Positions 1 through 15,409 of a stretch of 64,000 nucleotides of DNA are shown piece by piece (within the stretch, counting starts at the first letter, position 1; every line of letters starts with the position of its first letter). The stretch spans positions 1-64,000 of the forward strand of contig JNEM01013031.1 of the NCBI GenBank assembly GCA_000697335.1, read 5' to 3'. Below the pieces are notes generated by a model. It was not told where the DNA came from. It saw only the letters and a program-made list of their open reading frames with translations, and made no database searches. The position numbers were made by a program, and so were the translations under genes. This stretch comes from Conidiobolus incongruus B7586 (taxonomy: Eukaryota).

Positions 1-1093
1 AAAAGTAGTGTGGCGCAGAACATGGTAATATAATGTGGCTGTAGTGTGCAAGTGTAAACAAAGTTTAATTAAGCTTCGAACTAGGATGAGTCACCGATAT
101 ATTAAGATTTATATTAGGTAGTGCCAATATCCTACAATATTGACAGAATATAGTCTCAATCTTAGAAATAGTGTAAAGGTAAAAATAGTAAGAATTGAGA
201 GGAAAAAAGAGGAACCTAGTTTATTAGATAATTTAATACTATTTATACAATTAATTTAACTATATAAGTATAAATTAATCATATAATTTATAGTTAATTG
301 GATTATATAAAGTGTATATAAGAATTTAGAGAACTAGTCTCTTAACAAATTATATATATAAGAACTTTTATAATTATAAGTTTATAAATTGATTTATGAT
401 ATTATAACTAGATTTACTATATCAATTTACTAAATAGATATTGTTCATTATTTTATTTAATTAAAAACAAGATTCAAAATCAAAATCATTAATAATAATA
501 AGCTTTAAGGGTTTGAATTTTTTGATAATGTCACTTATTTTCAATATAGGAAATTTTAAAATAATTTATATAGCCAAGTGTAATATATATTTTTCAAGCA
601 AATATTCTAATTTTAAAATGATTTATTAAAAGAATGAGATTTCTGGTTAGATTATATTATAATTAGACCATTTTATCTTTTATATTTTTTGACAGGCTAA
701 ATAAATAAATTTTGAATTATATAAAGGTAGCATTCATATTTTACCAAAAATTTTGAAATTGGTGAAAATAAATTTAAAGTAGGATATTATTGTAGTAGAT
801 AGTTATATTACCTTTTGTAACAGAAAAATAACTATATTCTGCTTTTACTTTGGATTTGCTTTTGTAATATTTATTACTCAAATAATTAATTCAGTTTTAA
901 TAAATTCAAATAATAAATATTTAAATATATATATGATACTTTTTTTAATATTGAAATTTATTGAAATTATTTAGCTAGAATAAGTATCCCATAATTTGTG
1001 TTATATTCAAACATTTTTTTAAATTAATTCTTAAATATACTTAAATAAACTATCACAACAAAAAAAAATAAATACAAAAATATAAATAGAATA

Positions 1094-2127
1094 ATGAATA
1101 CTATTAAAAGCTATTTACCATCTCGCAACACTACCATATTCTTTGGTACTTTAAGTGCTATCGCAGGTCTTAAATACTACGACAGGTGGGAATGTGAAAA
1201 GATTCGCAGATATTACCAGAAGCAGGCTAAAGTATTAGCTGATAAGCCTATGTCCATTGATCAAAATACTGAAAAATATTATGTATTTTTGAACGGACCT
1301 GAAAATTCGGAGGACTCGTTGTTTAGAGCTAGAACTTGGTTTGAGAAATATGTCAAGGTAATTGACTATTTAAATTTTAATGTATATCTATTTAAATATT
1401 TTAGCCTATTTTTGATGCTGGTGCCATCGATTACGAACTCATCGAAGAGAAAAAACATGGAGACATCCAGAAATACTTATTAAACCAGTTGAAGGATCGT
1501 CGCAGGGGCGATATTGACCCCAAGGACCGCTTCCACGGTATTATCGCTTTAGGTCACGAAGCCTACTATAAAATCTTAGCAGGTATACAGGACGGTGTAT
1601 TGGTCAGAGATATTTCAAAGGCTGTCAAAGTCGTGGATGAGGTTAAGATTGAATCTAAGGTTTATGAAAGTCCCAGCGATGATGCTAAGAAGGATGAAGA
1701 AGAATCTAAGGAAACTAAGGAGGTTGAGGAAGTGCCACCTAATCCATATAACTTAATCACCAAATTAAATGATGAAGAATTATTATCAAGTCCTCAATTC
1801 CCAGAATTGCCACCCGTCGGCTACATTCGCTTGCATAACTATATTGGCTGGAAGATGATTCCCCTCCGCATTTTCAACTGGTTTAGAGAGCGTGAAAAGG
1901 TTAAGGAAGCTGGTTTTGATGCTTTAGCCATCGTTTTGAACCAGTCCAGACCCTTCGATCACACTTTGCATACTGAAGCCTTCACCGACTTAGATTCCAG
2001 AAATCCCAAGAGTAAAGTAGAGTTCCAAGAAGGCTTAAATGTTTACAACCCTGATATTGTCAGCAAATTAAGAATTTTCGAAACTAACCCAGATAATTAT
2101 TATCGTCCAGAACCTAAAACAGAATAA
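1094..2127 (+). CDS. TIM54: Mitochondrial inner-membrane TIM22 complex subunit Tim54; exons 1094-1357 and 1405-2127
   Basis: N-terminal LPSRN..IF..(TM)..YYDR motif. A 47-nt GT-AG intron (1358-1404) joins the two ORFs as WFEKYVK|PIFDAGAIDYE, the conserved Tim54 block. C-terminal NYIGWKMIPLRIFNWF motif also fits. Confidence 0.88.
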
Positions 2128-5100
2128 TTTGTTTTAAAATATGAATGAATTGAATATTTTAAAAATTCTTTTATTTATTTAATAAATAGAAACTAACTTA
2201 GTTTTAATTAATTATTAATGTTTCAATAATATGAAAATCCTTACCTTAATAATAAAATAAAATAACTTTAATAATTTTAATTATTCTTTTATTAAGATAA
2301 AATTATTGAAATATATATATATATATATATATATATAATAAATTCAGATAAATTCTTTTATTCAATTATTTTTGGAATTTAAATATAGTCAATATTTAAG
2401 TTGGATTTATATTTCCTTAATATCAATTAAACAACTTTTTTTGGTTATTATAACAAACCAAGCATAATAAACCAATTTTCCTTTGAAACTTTATCTTTTA
2501 TTTTTGGAATTGTTCCATAAATAATATTTACTATTATTAATAAATTGAACCTGGTTTTATAAATATGATAAATCAGTATCGTGTTCATTAATTAAATGTA
2601 ATAGATTTTAATATAAGTAATTAATTAAATCTGAAAGGTCCATTTTATTTAAATTTCAAATTTCAAATTTCAAAATCTAAAGCAATTATGTTTTGATATA
2701 TATATATTTATTCCTACATTATTTTAATTAATTTGATTTTATAACATTATCTTGTATTAATAAAAATTAATTGGTGATTTTTTTAAAGCTAACCTTTATC
2801 TCAAGTATATTCTTTTATGCAACAAAATTGGTAATAAGAATAAATCTACACTATACTAATTATCTAATTATTACCAGATCAATGATTATATTAAATTATC
2901 AAAGTATTGATATTATAGCTCCTAGCTTTAAATAGATATTCTTTAAAATTTTTTTAATTTAGATTTATTTGTCAAAACCAAAGTTATATAATAATATTTC
3001 ATTAAATTTCTATTCAAATTTTATTAAATTAATTATATTTAAAGAATTTTATATTAAATATTAAATAATATATTAATAAAATTTTTATTACATATTAAAT
3101 TTAATGTTAAAACAATCAATAGTAATATTTAAATATTAAATATACTTTAAATTTTTTGAAATTGTTTTAATACAGTTAGTGTAAAAATCAATAAACTATT
3201 GACATGCAAGATATTTTTTTATTGACCTAAATTTAAAGGGATTGATGATTGAATTTGAAAACATTGATAAAAATTTTTGAAAGAGTCTGTAAATTTGAAA
3301 GGAAAAATATTAATATAAAATAACTAAATATTCAATTTATACTGATTAAAAATTGGAAAAATTTATCAAAATTGATTACTCTGATAATTTTTCAATTAAT
3401 ATAAGTACCGATATTTAATAAATTGTAAGCCTATTAATTAATACTTTATTAAAACTTGAATAATTAATCAATTATTTTATTAATACTATGATGACATATA
3501 ATCATAGTGTAATAACTTTTTATTAGGTAATGATATGATCACTGTTAATAGCTATAAAATGACAGTATTTCTTCTATTTTTTTAAATCATTTTAAAATAA
3601 TTAAAGTTGAAGAAAATAATAATAAAATCAATAAAATATCAATTTATAATATTAGTTTAAGAGTTAAAAATGGAATTGATAGAGTTCAAAATAGTTTATT
3701 CTCATAGCAATGGTAAGTGAAAAAGAATGTATAATTTATATACCAATTTGTTTTGGGTGTTGAAAAAATGATCATACTGGAATATTTGAGGTAACGTCTA
3801 ACATCCTAACCATTTAGCATATTTCAACTTTGTATGCTATATAATTCTTTTAATAATTGGATTTAAGGTAGAAACACTATGATTGTTATTATATAACTAA
3901 TTAGCATATCCAATTTTTACATTAATATATCTAACAGAATTTTTAATCAGATGAAGCAATGGTAAAGATAGTTATTTTTTATACAACTATCAATATCTTA
4001 TATTTGCTCAACCAATCACTTTACAATATTTCTACATTATCCATACCATCCGATATTTATTGATTTTAATATAAACTATGGTTTATTTTCGGTTAAAACA
4101 AGTATGAAAATTAGTATAAAATTTAATTTAATTCCTTTTAATGATTTATATTTTAATTATATCAAAATGTTATATTAACTTATATGTGAAAATTTCTGAG
4201 AATAAAAATTATTAACAGAAAAAGTTAATATATTAAACAGGTAAAAGTAGAAAAAAAACAATTTTGATGTGGTAATTAACATTTATTAAAAATTTCATTT
4301 AAATCACACTATTATTTCAATTCAATTTTAAAATTTATAGGTCTTAAGATGTTTTTAAATATCTTTAGGAGATAAATTAATAGTTTTCTATTAATTCATT
4401 AATATTTCGGATAAATGTTATAAAGTTATTAAAGATAAGTTTACTATTATTTTAAAGTATTTTTTAATGGTATCCCAGTTGTTAAATTCGTTGAATTTTT
4501 CCCTTTTTGAATTTTACAAAATAATTCTAGATAGGGACAATTATTTCCAAATTTAGATAGATTAAAATTGCACATTTTAATCTATATTCATCATATTATA
4601 AAATATTTGATTTAAAACTTGGCTAAAGTATTATAATTACTATCGATAATATTAATCTTCATAACATTTTGGTAAGATTATATATTTTATTAATCCTCAC
4701 ATTTATAAGGAATAGTGAAATTATTAAATTTTATAATCATAAAATTATTGGGTATTATTAAATTATCAATTTGAAATATTAATCCAATATATTACTAATT
4801 TGTTGCTTCAAAACTTATTAAAAAAATAATCAATATTAAATTTTGCTATTTCTTATTTGATTCACTATAATTGATTGAAACTCGTTTTATTCTGAATATA
4901 AATTGATATGATAATGTAAGATTGAAAAATGAGGGATATATTATTAGATAAACCTTTCTTCAATATCTTTTAGTTAATATATATATATTCGATATTCGTC
5001 TTGTAAAACTTACGAACCATTATAGTTTTACAAATATCGTATTGAATATATATTTTAAATTTTATCTTAGGTAGAAAGTAATAGCCAATATAAAATTAAA

Positions 5101-6142
5101 AAATCGATCAAAATACAAAAACATTTCATGAATTAAATGCTTGTTTTATTCGTAGTCACAAGGCTTTTCAATTTCATAATTAATGCCAATTCTGCTTTGA
5201 TTGATTATATATTTTACATTTTTATATGTGTGGATATATTAGATTTAAAGAAACAGTTAATCTTATCAATTATTAGAATCTTTGTCAATAAGTTATATCA
5301 CAAAATATCATATCATCAGATACCTTAGAAAATAATACTTAAATAATTCATATCTAACTTATATCAGATATTACCTGGTTATATTAAGTTTCGAATTAAA
5401 TCAATCAATATAATCTATAAATCAAAATCAATTTATTTCGGATATAAAAATTTGTGGTAAAATATTCATTTTCACTAGCAATTCAATTTTTTTACCAAAA
5501 TTAATTGCTTGATACTTTTGACAAGTTGAAAGGTGTAGAAATAGTAAGGTTTATCAAAAATGATCCTTAATGTATCCACATATAAATTAATTATATTTAT
5601 TTTTATCACTCCAATATTTAAATGAATTTTTTAATATATTCCTCTTTGGAACTTTTCAATGCTACTGATGCCTTGTTTTATTGATTAAAATTAAAGAAAT
5701 GAATTTATTACATATTTATATTAATAACCTAATAGTAAAATATCACTAAAAATTAATAATATTTTATCAAATTATTCAAATTTATGTTGACAATAGAGTC
5801 ATTTAATTAAAATATATGTATTGTAATATTTAAGTCAATTTGAACATTAATATTACTCTATTTATTATTATTAATTAAAATATTCTTTTTTAAAAAATCC
5901 TCAAAGTATGATAGATTTAAAATAATTTAATAAAATATATTAATAGATTAGATATTATTTTTAATGATAAAATATCAATTTTTTATTAACAGTCAATTAA
6001 TTTTATTAGGTTAATTAAATTCAAAATTATATATTATATTAAAATTTTCATTAATATAAATTAAGATATTAATCAGTGATAAACGTGATATATATGAATA
6101 AATAAATATAATTTATTAAAATAATTATTAATTATTATGAAT

Positions 6143-7123
6143 TTAACACTTGGTATTCATTCTTTGATCCCAATAAGTGAAGTGAGCATCTCTACTGGGG
6201 ATTAAATGGTCACTGATACAGTTTTCATCTTCTTCATAAATAGAGCATTTAACAGTAACACCATCTTCGTTAATATGCATATTGTATTGATTGTGGCCAT
6301 ATCCAAAAGTCATACCTGGAGATATGGCAACCAAATCAGCATATGAAGTGACTCTAGTAGAAGTCATAGGCTTAGAATTGAGATAGGCAGCGAATTCTGG
6401 ATCACCAATACGAGGTTGACCATAAGTGATAATATTGACTTTGTCCCAGGAAAGAATACCCTTTTGCACTAGGCGATAGGCAGTCAAAGTGGCAAGAGCA
6501 CCACCTAAGCTGTGACCAGTGAATACGATCTTATAGTTTGGATATTTACCCAAAGCATTCTTGATAGCATTGGTGGAAGCTGGTAATAAAACATTGGCCA
6601 TGTTATTGAATCCATTGTGAATTTCAGCATTTTGATAAGGAGCTGAAAGGCCTGCAGATGTGAATCTGATATCAATGTTAAACAACCAGTTGACAATATT
6701 TTGAGTACCACGATATCCCAAAATGATTAATTTTTGAGCATTGTGAACAGCCAAGTAACCGGCGGTATTTGTTCCGGAATCTGAAAAATAAGTAACTTCG
6801 CCAGCACCAGCAGCATATCCGTTACAGTTAGAACAACTCCAGTTTAAGAGCTTGTCTTTAGCACAATAGGCAGCACCGGCATATTTGATGAAACCTCTGG
6901 CTTCAGCTTCGGAGGTGATCTTGGAAACTGGAGCAACAAGGTCAGCTTGAGCAGATCTGGCAGGACGTGATTGATCATTTTGGAGATTATTCTGTTGCTC
7001 CAAGTACTTTTGGATTGCTTCTTCTACGGAGCTGACCAATTGAGCATTTTCTGTAACGTTTACAGATGGAAAGATGGCATTTCCAGCAACGAAAGAGAGG
7101 TAGAGGAGGTTAAGGAATTTCAT
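6143..7123 (-). CDS. Secreted class-3 (fungal-type) triacylglycerol lipase, copy 1, intact, 326 aa
   Basis: Signal peptide MKFLNLLYLSFVAG; AAYC, YRGT lid region, TGHSLGG nucleophile elbow, TYGQPRIG, Asp in ADLVA, His in DAHFTY. Intronless. Confidence 0.93.
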   Translation of the reverse strand: MKFLNLLYLSFVAGNAIFPSVNVTENAQLVSSVEEAIQKYLEQQNNLQNDQSRPARSAQADLVAPVSKITSEAEARGFIKYAGAAYCAKDKLLNWSCSNCNGYAAGAGEVTYFSDSGTNTAGYLAVHNAQKLIILGYRGTQNIVNWLFNIDIRFTSAGLSAPYQNAEIHNGFNNMANVLLPASTNAIKNALGKYPNYKIVFTGHSLGGALATLTAYRLVQKGILSWDKVNIITYGQPRIGDPEFAAYLNSKPMTSTRVTSYADLVAISPGMTFGYGHNQYNMHINEDGVTVKCSIYEEDENCISDHLIPSRDAHFTYWDQRMNTKC

Positions 7124-7532
7124 GATTATAATATTAATTAAAGTCGATATTAAATTAATTTGATATAGAATTTTGGCCCTCTTTCCAATATTTTTATAGT
7201 AAATAACAGCTCCATCTAAGAACTTGGATGAATATTCTTATATTAATCAATATAATATACAGCTATAAAAATTCTGAATTGAATATGAAAAAATTCATTT
7301 CGATCGGGTAAATATTGAATAGGGGGATAAATGATCCATATAAACATGTTTAATGATTTTAGCTTGTGATTGACTGAGGATAATAAAGTTAATGAATTTA
7401 ATTTAAATTTCAGTTAAAATTCTCTCAAATGGTATTCAATTTTCAACTCGCTGTTCTATCAACTTTCGGCAATAATTTTTATACTATTTTTATTGATATT
7501 GAAAGAGTTTATTAGAATCACAAACAGAGCTA

Positions 7533-7840
7533 TGTCATCCTGCCTCCGCTATGTCTAAACCAACCTCAGAGCCCAATGGCGAACCGTTGGAAATGTGCAC
7601 AATTCTTCCAGTCTAAGTTCCCGCAGAAGACATTATTAAGCAATCCATATTTGGAGATCATTCTCACTACCTACCTACTCGGCGGTTAATGGCTGCATAG
7701 ACGATATAAATTAAAGAAAATCAAAACACTTCAAAATTTACTCACTTTTATACTTGGAACTGGTGAGAAAATTTTAAATAAAACCTCCTTCATGATAAAG
7801 ATTATTATTTTTCTTTTACTTTCCATTCTTTTAGATGACA
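7533..7840 (+). mobile_element. Putative LTR (solo or truncated LTR retrotransposon end)
   Basis: GC-richer 308-bp island bounded by a perfect 7-bp inverted repeat TGTCATC...GATGACA, with TATAAA (~7705) upstream of AATAAA (~7777). No matching TSD seen. Confidence 0.5.
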
Positions 7841-10750
7841 ACGGATTGACCGACCACCATTTAACCTTGTTCGATGGCTATTTCAACAACTATGTTCAGG
7901 ATGTTTACTATTCAGTTCATTATGCGCGTACCGGTCATTGCTCTGCTTATATTGGCTGTAATAACTTATCCTTCTATTACCAAGAAAATCATTAAGACCA
8001 CGGACATTATTGTTGATGTTGCAACAGTGTTACTAGGTTAAAATGGTTTTCACTTATATATTTCAAAAATTTTGACAAAATCACTGAGTATTAAAATATC
8101 AATGATCTTAAACTATACAATATAAATTCGAAAGATTTTCCTTGTTCAAAAGTAATATTAATAACTAATAATTATAGATATTAAACTCTAATCAGGTTAA
8201 TTGTTGAATTATTTTTGTATAATATATTTCTATTAGATTGTTACTCATTCAATTATCGCAAAATTAACAAAAAAAACTATTGTTTCAACTACATATGAAA
8301 TTTCATATATTACATTTTGATTTTTTTAACCACTTTGAGATCTTGTGACCCAATACTACATCAAATATTTGAAATTTCTTATTATTGATAATTTAAATCT
8401 CATTTACTTAAATTACTCTTTGCAAAACACTTTAATTAAAAATATTATTGGTTTATAATTGATTTTAAAATAATTTTTAATTATATTCTGAACTCAAAAT
8501 TATTTTATTATAATAGGATAAAAATAAAAATTTTAATAATTTTTAATTTTAAATTTATAATATTTATTATAATTATTTGAAAATATACTGATATTGAAAA
8601 TTAATAATATGTTTGATTATAAGTAATTTTTTTTATTTCATGGTAAAATCAATGTTATTCCAATTGTTTTTAATATATCATTTACAAAGTTTGTTAGATT
8701 ATAATACTGCACATTCATTTTATAAACTCGCGCATTTTTGAACTATCCCTAAAATGTTAAATAAGTGTTTACTTATGACAATATAAAAAGGTGTCAATTA
8801 TTTGGATTATAAAAATTCATATATAATCAAAATTCTCAAAGTCAAATATGAATATAAATATAAAATATGCAGATATATTTTGAATTTATATAAACTATGA
8901 ACACCTCAATTGGTTCTTTTTTAATATGAATTATATCAATAAAACTTTAGTATCTAATGAAGGATTTAATTAAACTATTGTGTAAAATTTTCAATTATTT
9001 CATATATCCTGGAATAGATTTGATATAAAGCAATCAATTTTTTTTTTGCAAATATCAATCAGTTCACATGAATCAAAAATATAGATTATTAAGATTTAAT
9101 ATTTATCATATAATACAGTTCAAAATAATAAAAATTATAATATAATAAAACCATATTTTATTCAGAGTTTTATTATTTATTAATTTTGCTTTTTGGTTAT
9201 ATTAAATATATTCATAAAACATAATAGTGTTGAAATTTTCAAATTAATATTGAATTTTAACAACTTAGTTGTGTAACAAATTTGATCATCAATATTATTG
9301 ATGAAATAAATTTTGTATCAATTAGAATATATATATATATATATATATTTGAAATAATACAATTTAAAGTTTTTTCCAGAATAGATAAAATCAATTTTCG
9401 AATATTTATATAAAATTTATTGATTTTAATTAACAATTTATTAAAATATATTAAACCACTTGAAACTAGATATATTATAAAATTTTGGTTAAATATATTG
9501 TACCAATTATAACTTTTACATATATAGCCTTTAAGCAATGATTTGAATGTTGAATATCAAAAATATAAATACACTATTAAATTATTTAACCAAATTTGAT
9601 AAAATATTTGACGTTTTCAAAACGAGATTTAATAATATGCCATTACCTGATATAATGTTCCTTAATATGTTAATATCAATAAATCTCACCTTTTTATTCC
9701 CTAGTTTAAGTTCTTAAGAAATATAGTATTCCAAAAATACCTATATAAAAAACACAAGGACCATAATATTATTATTATATGAAAAATGATATTAAATACT
9801 AGTTAACAAAGTATTGAAAATTTAAAACCATTTTAGTCAATTTTCTGTAATAAGTGATAAATATATTTTAAATTACTGTTATTTAATTTTTATATATTCT
9901 AGTTATTATTTAATTCACAATGATATCCAATTTTAATACATAAATTCTTGTTCACATATAAATCATTAATTTTGTTTTTTGATTTATATTTGATTCATAA
10001 ATTTTGCTATGGATCAAGAATAACTTAGAATAATTTATTTAATGTTAGTAAATAAGATTATTATAAAAAATTTTTATACTTAAATAAGACATCTTTTTAT
10101 ATTTTATAATCCAATTTTGTGATTTTTTCCCAAAAAATAATAACAACTATTATTTAAAATTGATTTAGGTTGTATTTAAGATATTTTTGATCTTGAAATT
10201 TAATTCTCCTATATTCAATTTCAATGATAAACTAACTTATAATCAATTAGATTTTAAATTATATTGACAAATCTTAGTCCATAAAATTAATGAGTGTAAG
10301 ATATTGAAAGATATACCAATATAAGCGTTAATATTATTCCTTAATCCAGATGGAATTTTTCTATATATTCTGTCCAATTGTGAAATGAGATACTCAATAA
10401 TAATTCAGAGAGAATAAGAATACAAGGATTTGAGGAGTAAATTGATTAAGGATGGAATTTATAATAATATTAGTATGGAAATTAAGAAATGGCAAATTTT
10501 TTAATTTCCGATCTTTCAAACATATTATACGTTTTGAAAGATTATATATATATAAAATATATAGGAAAATAAATATTTTCAAACTATATATTATTCATTA
10601 ATTTTTATATATTATTTATTAATTTATTTGTTTAATTTTAATTTTAAAATTGTGCCATTACTTAATTTCTGCACTAATAAATAATATAAAATTGAAATAT
10701 TCATTATATAAATTCTAATAAAAAGACTGATAAAATATATTACAAATGCA

Positions 10751-11688
10751 TTAGCATTTAGTATCCATTCTTTCATCCCATTAGGTGAAATCAGCATCAC
10801 TACTAGGGATTAAATGATCGCCAACACAATTTTCTTTTACCTCATAGTTAAGCGTTTTACAGTAATTCCATATTCATTAATATGTATACTGTGCTGATTA
10901 TGACAATATCCAAAAAAATCTTCTAGGAGGAATAGTAACCAAACCAACATAGTAAGTGACTCTGGTGGAAGTCCAAGTTCTGGAATTAAGATGATCAGCA
11001 AAATTTGTATAACAGACATGAGAGATTGACCAAAAGCGAAATATTAACCTAGCCCCAAGGAATAACCCGGCTTTGAGTGAGACAATGGGCAGTCAAAGTA
11101 GCAAGAGCACCACTCACACTGTTGCTAGTGGATATGATCTTGTGATTGAGATATTTTCCTACAACATTATTGAGAGTTTTTTTGAGACTGAGAGCAAAGC
11201 ATTGGTCTTTGTGATGAATTTATTTTGAATATCAGAATTGCCGTAGAGGGAAGGTGAACTACCTGGGTTAAAACTGATGTCGAGTATAAATAATCAGTTG
11301 ACAATATCTTGAGTACGCTAATATCCTAAGATGATTAATTACTTTGAATCGTTAATAACCAAATAGTCAACAGTGTTGATATCAAAATTTGAAAAGTGGG
11401 TTACTTCACCAGTACCAGCAGCATACCAATTACAGTTGGAACAGCTCCAGTTTCAAAGTTAGTTTCTGTTACAATAAGCGGCATCTATATATTTGATGCA
11501 AGCCTTTGCTTCAGTTTCAAAAGCGATTTTGGCTTTGAGGGCAACCAAGTGATTTTCAAGTAATTTGGTAAAACGAAGTTGATCTTGTTGAGTATTATCC
11601 TTTTGTTCCAAATACTTCTGAATTACTTGATCAAGTTACATTTATGACAAGATGGTATTTCCAGTGACAAAGGAGACCAAAACTTCAT
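10751..11688 (-). pseudogene. Degraded class-3 lipase relic, copy 2 (closest to copy 1)
   Basis: Collinear nucleotide similarity to 6143-7123 from the ATG region to the stop. GHSLGG has decayed to SNSVSG (~11110-11127). Multiple stops and indels. Confidence 0.88.
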
Positions 11689-14472
11689 TAAAATCTTAAT
11701 TATTAAATGTTATTCTAATAATTTGTAATTAAAAAAAAGTAAAAATTTCTATTTTATACTAAATACTTTTATAAGGATTTTAATGTTTTTGTCGCATATC
11801 ATCAATATGCTGTAATATAAACATGTCATTCAAATATATTTTTATAACTGGTTTGGAATTTGGTATCCAACCTAGAGAATAAGTGGTAAATATTCCATTT
11901 AAACGTGATCATTGATTTCATCTTATATTCGAGATATTTACTTAACTCCCTTATTGATTTTTTTGATCCAGATACCTCATCTCTCATTTATCAATTTTGA
12001 AAATTCGTGGTTTAGTTAAATGGGAGTTTTAGATTTAAAAAATCAATCAGTTTTAGACTATTTCAACGTGGTTAAAAAGATAATAATCATAGCCATCATA
12101 AGAGTTGACATGTAATTTATTCGATGAAACCTGTTTTATATTTTTTGGACTGCATCAATGTAAGTATTTAATACAAAATCTTTCCGATAAAAGTTCATCC
12201 AACTTTTCGTTAATTATAAAATGATCAAAATATTTGATAACTTTGCTAACTCAAATTTAAATCCGAAAAGATATTCTAGACTTCATACAACTTCACAATA
12301 AAATGTACAATTCAGATTAAACTTATTGCAATGATTTTTATAGTCAATTAATAAATTTTGTAAAAATAATTATAACAAATCAATATAATTGATATAGTTA
12401 GAAAAATTAACTTAATTAAGTTGTTCAAATTATATATTGGATACTTAACAGTAACAAAATAATACATACTATAATTTTAAAATAATATAGAATATTGAAA
12501 TATTTGAAATTTAAAATTAAAAAATTTAAATCTAGCTAATTCGAAGAGTTTATTGATGTTAAAATATAATGAAATTATAAAGCATATTAATTAATATAAT
12601 TGCTAGTTTTTTAATATTACTTTGAACTAATATAGCAATGTTATATATATTACATACAGTGTATAAAAATTTTGCTCATATTATAATTTAAAAATAGTAT
12701 AAAAGTAATTTTTTTAATAAATGTTAAATGATATTATATCTATAATATAATTATATTTCATTAATAATATAAAATTATGATTTAAAGTAATCAATATTTA
12801 ATTATATAAATAATATAGTTATTAATTATTCAAATGAAATTCATTAATCATATTGCTTTGGGCAAAATATATTGATCATGAACTGATTATTTTAAAATTC
12901 AATCAATTACTGAAAATTTTTATTTTGTACAAAAATTGATTTTATAAAAAATTTTATATTAATTTAATTACAGAAAGTGAAATTATATCTTGAATTTAAT
13001 TCATTCCTGTGTAAAATATAAAAAATATGTTATTTTGGTTCTATTTTCTAATTAGTATTTTACGATATATCAAAATATTCATAATATACTATTTTCAATT
13101 CAATATCAAACTTAATATACATAATTTATAATTTACTAGTTTTTAAATTTAAACCATTGATTAAATTTAACAGAATTATAATAAAGATATAGTGTAATAT
13201 GGTTACAATAAAATATTTTCGTATATTCAACATTTTATATTAGTCAAAAACAAAATAAATTTATGATGATGAATGTGAAGTCGGTTATTAGATTATGTAA
13301 TAAATTTAAAAATTAATTGACTGGTTGCACATAATGATAATTAAACGGTAATATTTTTTAGATAGTCATAGATATTTGCTTTATAACATTTGTTTCTCAA
13401 GTCATATGTATAGTTTGATAACATAGTCTGAAATTGACAGAAAATACCCAGATTATATTTATTTGGATCTGAAACCTAGATGAAATAGTTTATCAATTTT
13501 AATTCTGTTTAATCATCTTATTAACCCAAAAATTCAATTTTCAAATTGACCCATATAAATTCATTTTAAATAATTTAATACTATATCAAATTATTAAAAT
13601 TTCTAAGATATTTTATATTTCAGAAAAATCATAAATTTCTCAATATTCCTTCATATAATTTATAAAAAGGTGATATTTGGATATTAAAATCATTCAGACA
13701 ACCCAGTTGAGTTTCATATTATGACAAACCAAATTTAGTAAACGATTTTGTTGTCAACATAGTGATGAGTTTCTGGAGCTTAGAGGACCCAGTTATATGT
13801 TCTTGATATCCTTAAAACCAAATTTTGTTAAGGAAAAGAAAATATAAATAGAAATTTAAACAATAAAAGCAAATAATCAATCAATTGAATCAATTAATAT
13901 ATAGATAATGAAGTTAATATTTTCCTTTTGTTGTATTTGGTATTTTTTTAACACCCTGATTTTGAGTGTTTTATTTCATATTTACCATCTATCTTGATTT
14001 AATAGTTAAGGCAATATTATTTCTAATTCAGGCTGGCTTTGTCAGTCTATAATTAAAGGATGCTCTTTGTTCTCTTTGTTAATTATATCTGACTCAACTA
14101 TTAAAATTTCCTGGATATTCTGCTATGATGTCTCAAAAGTAAGTTTTAAGTGATGTAGTCCAAATATGTTAAAGAGTAGAATTAATAAATAATTTACTAA
14201 ATTGTATTATGAGTACTTTTCTAACAACAATCTTTATTTACAAAACTTATTATAAAACACAACACTAAGTGTTAATATTGAGTGAATAGGAAAAAGGATT
14301 TATTTCAATTACATAGTAATAAGGAAAAATTCAATTTCAAGAAAAAATTCAAAATGATAAATATGAAAAAAATCTTTTGATATAAATTTAAAATACAATT
14401 TATATCATAGTAAATTCAAGGCACCAGCCTTTATATAATAATGGATTTTAGCATTTACTATAGGTTGAGTAT

Positions 14473-15409
14473 CTATTTGCATTTTGAATTGATTCTCTGA
14501 TTCCAGAAAGTGTAATGAGAATCCGCTCTAGGAATCCAAAAATCAGAAATACACTCTGGATCCTCTTCGAATATTGAACATATAAATGTAGTTCCATCCT
14601 TGCGAATATGCATATTATATTGACTGTGCTCATATCCTGATCCTTGTCTAGGCATCACTGGAATGATGTCACCAAATGAAGTGACCCTAGTCATCGTGAT
14701 TGGCACTGAATTTAGATAAGATGCGAACTCAGGGTTTCCAACACGAGGTTGGCCATAAGTGTAAATATTGACCTTGTCCCAAGTAAGAAGTTGACTCTGG
14801 ACAAGTTTAAGTGCAGATAAGATGGCAACCGCACCACCTGAACTGTGACCGGTGAAAATTATCTTATATTTAGGATTATTATGCATCGCTCTTTGGAGCG
14901 TGTAATGCAACTGTGAAATCACACTATTCGCTTCTTTATTAAATCCACTGTGTACTTTTGCATCATGATATGGTGGTGGTAAATTAGCTGGTACCAACCC
15001 CGTTTGAAAGTTAGAAAACCAGTTATCCCAACTGTCTGAACCTCTAAAACTTATGATTATCAAGCGCTGATAATGATTTATAGCTAAATAACCTTCACTG
15101 CTGGTTTCACCATTATATAGAACAGTTACATCCCTCGTCCCAAGAGTAAATCCATCACAAGTCGGGCATCTCCAGTATATAATATGATCTGGAGAACAAT
15201 ATGCAACACTCGCATATCTCAATATATTACGGGCTTCAATTTCTGATCCTATTTTGGCAACAGGAGGAGTTTTTAAACCTGAATAACCCCAAAATCGATC
15301 ATCAGAAACTGATTCTTCTCTTACAAATTCAATCTTCAGTAGCATTCAATGGTTTCTTGACTGATTGCGCAAATATATTTGTAATTATCAAAATCCAAAT
15401 AATAATCAT
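14473..15409 (-). pseudogene. Class-3 lipase copy 3; catalytic domain open (14473-15345) but signal peptide out of frame
   Basis: ATG 15409 gives MIIIWILIITNIFAQSVKKPLNATED then TGA (15331-15329); NATED matches NETED/EVTED of paralogues. The downstream frame has FRGS, TGHSSGG, TYGQPRVG, DSHYTF. Confidence 0.75.

Noticed and set aside
1..220. GC-richer island at the window edge, possibly an LTR fragment
   Set aside because: Truncated by the window; no termini or TSD can be evaluated.
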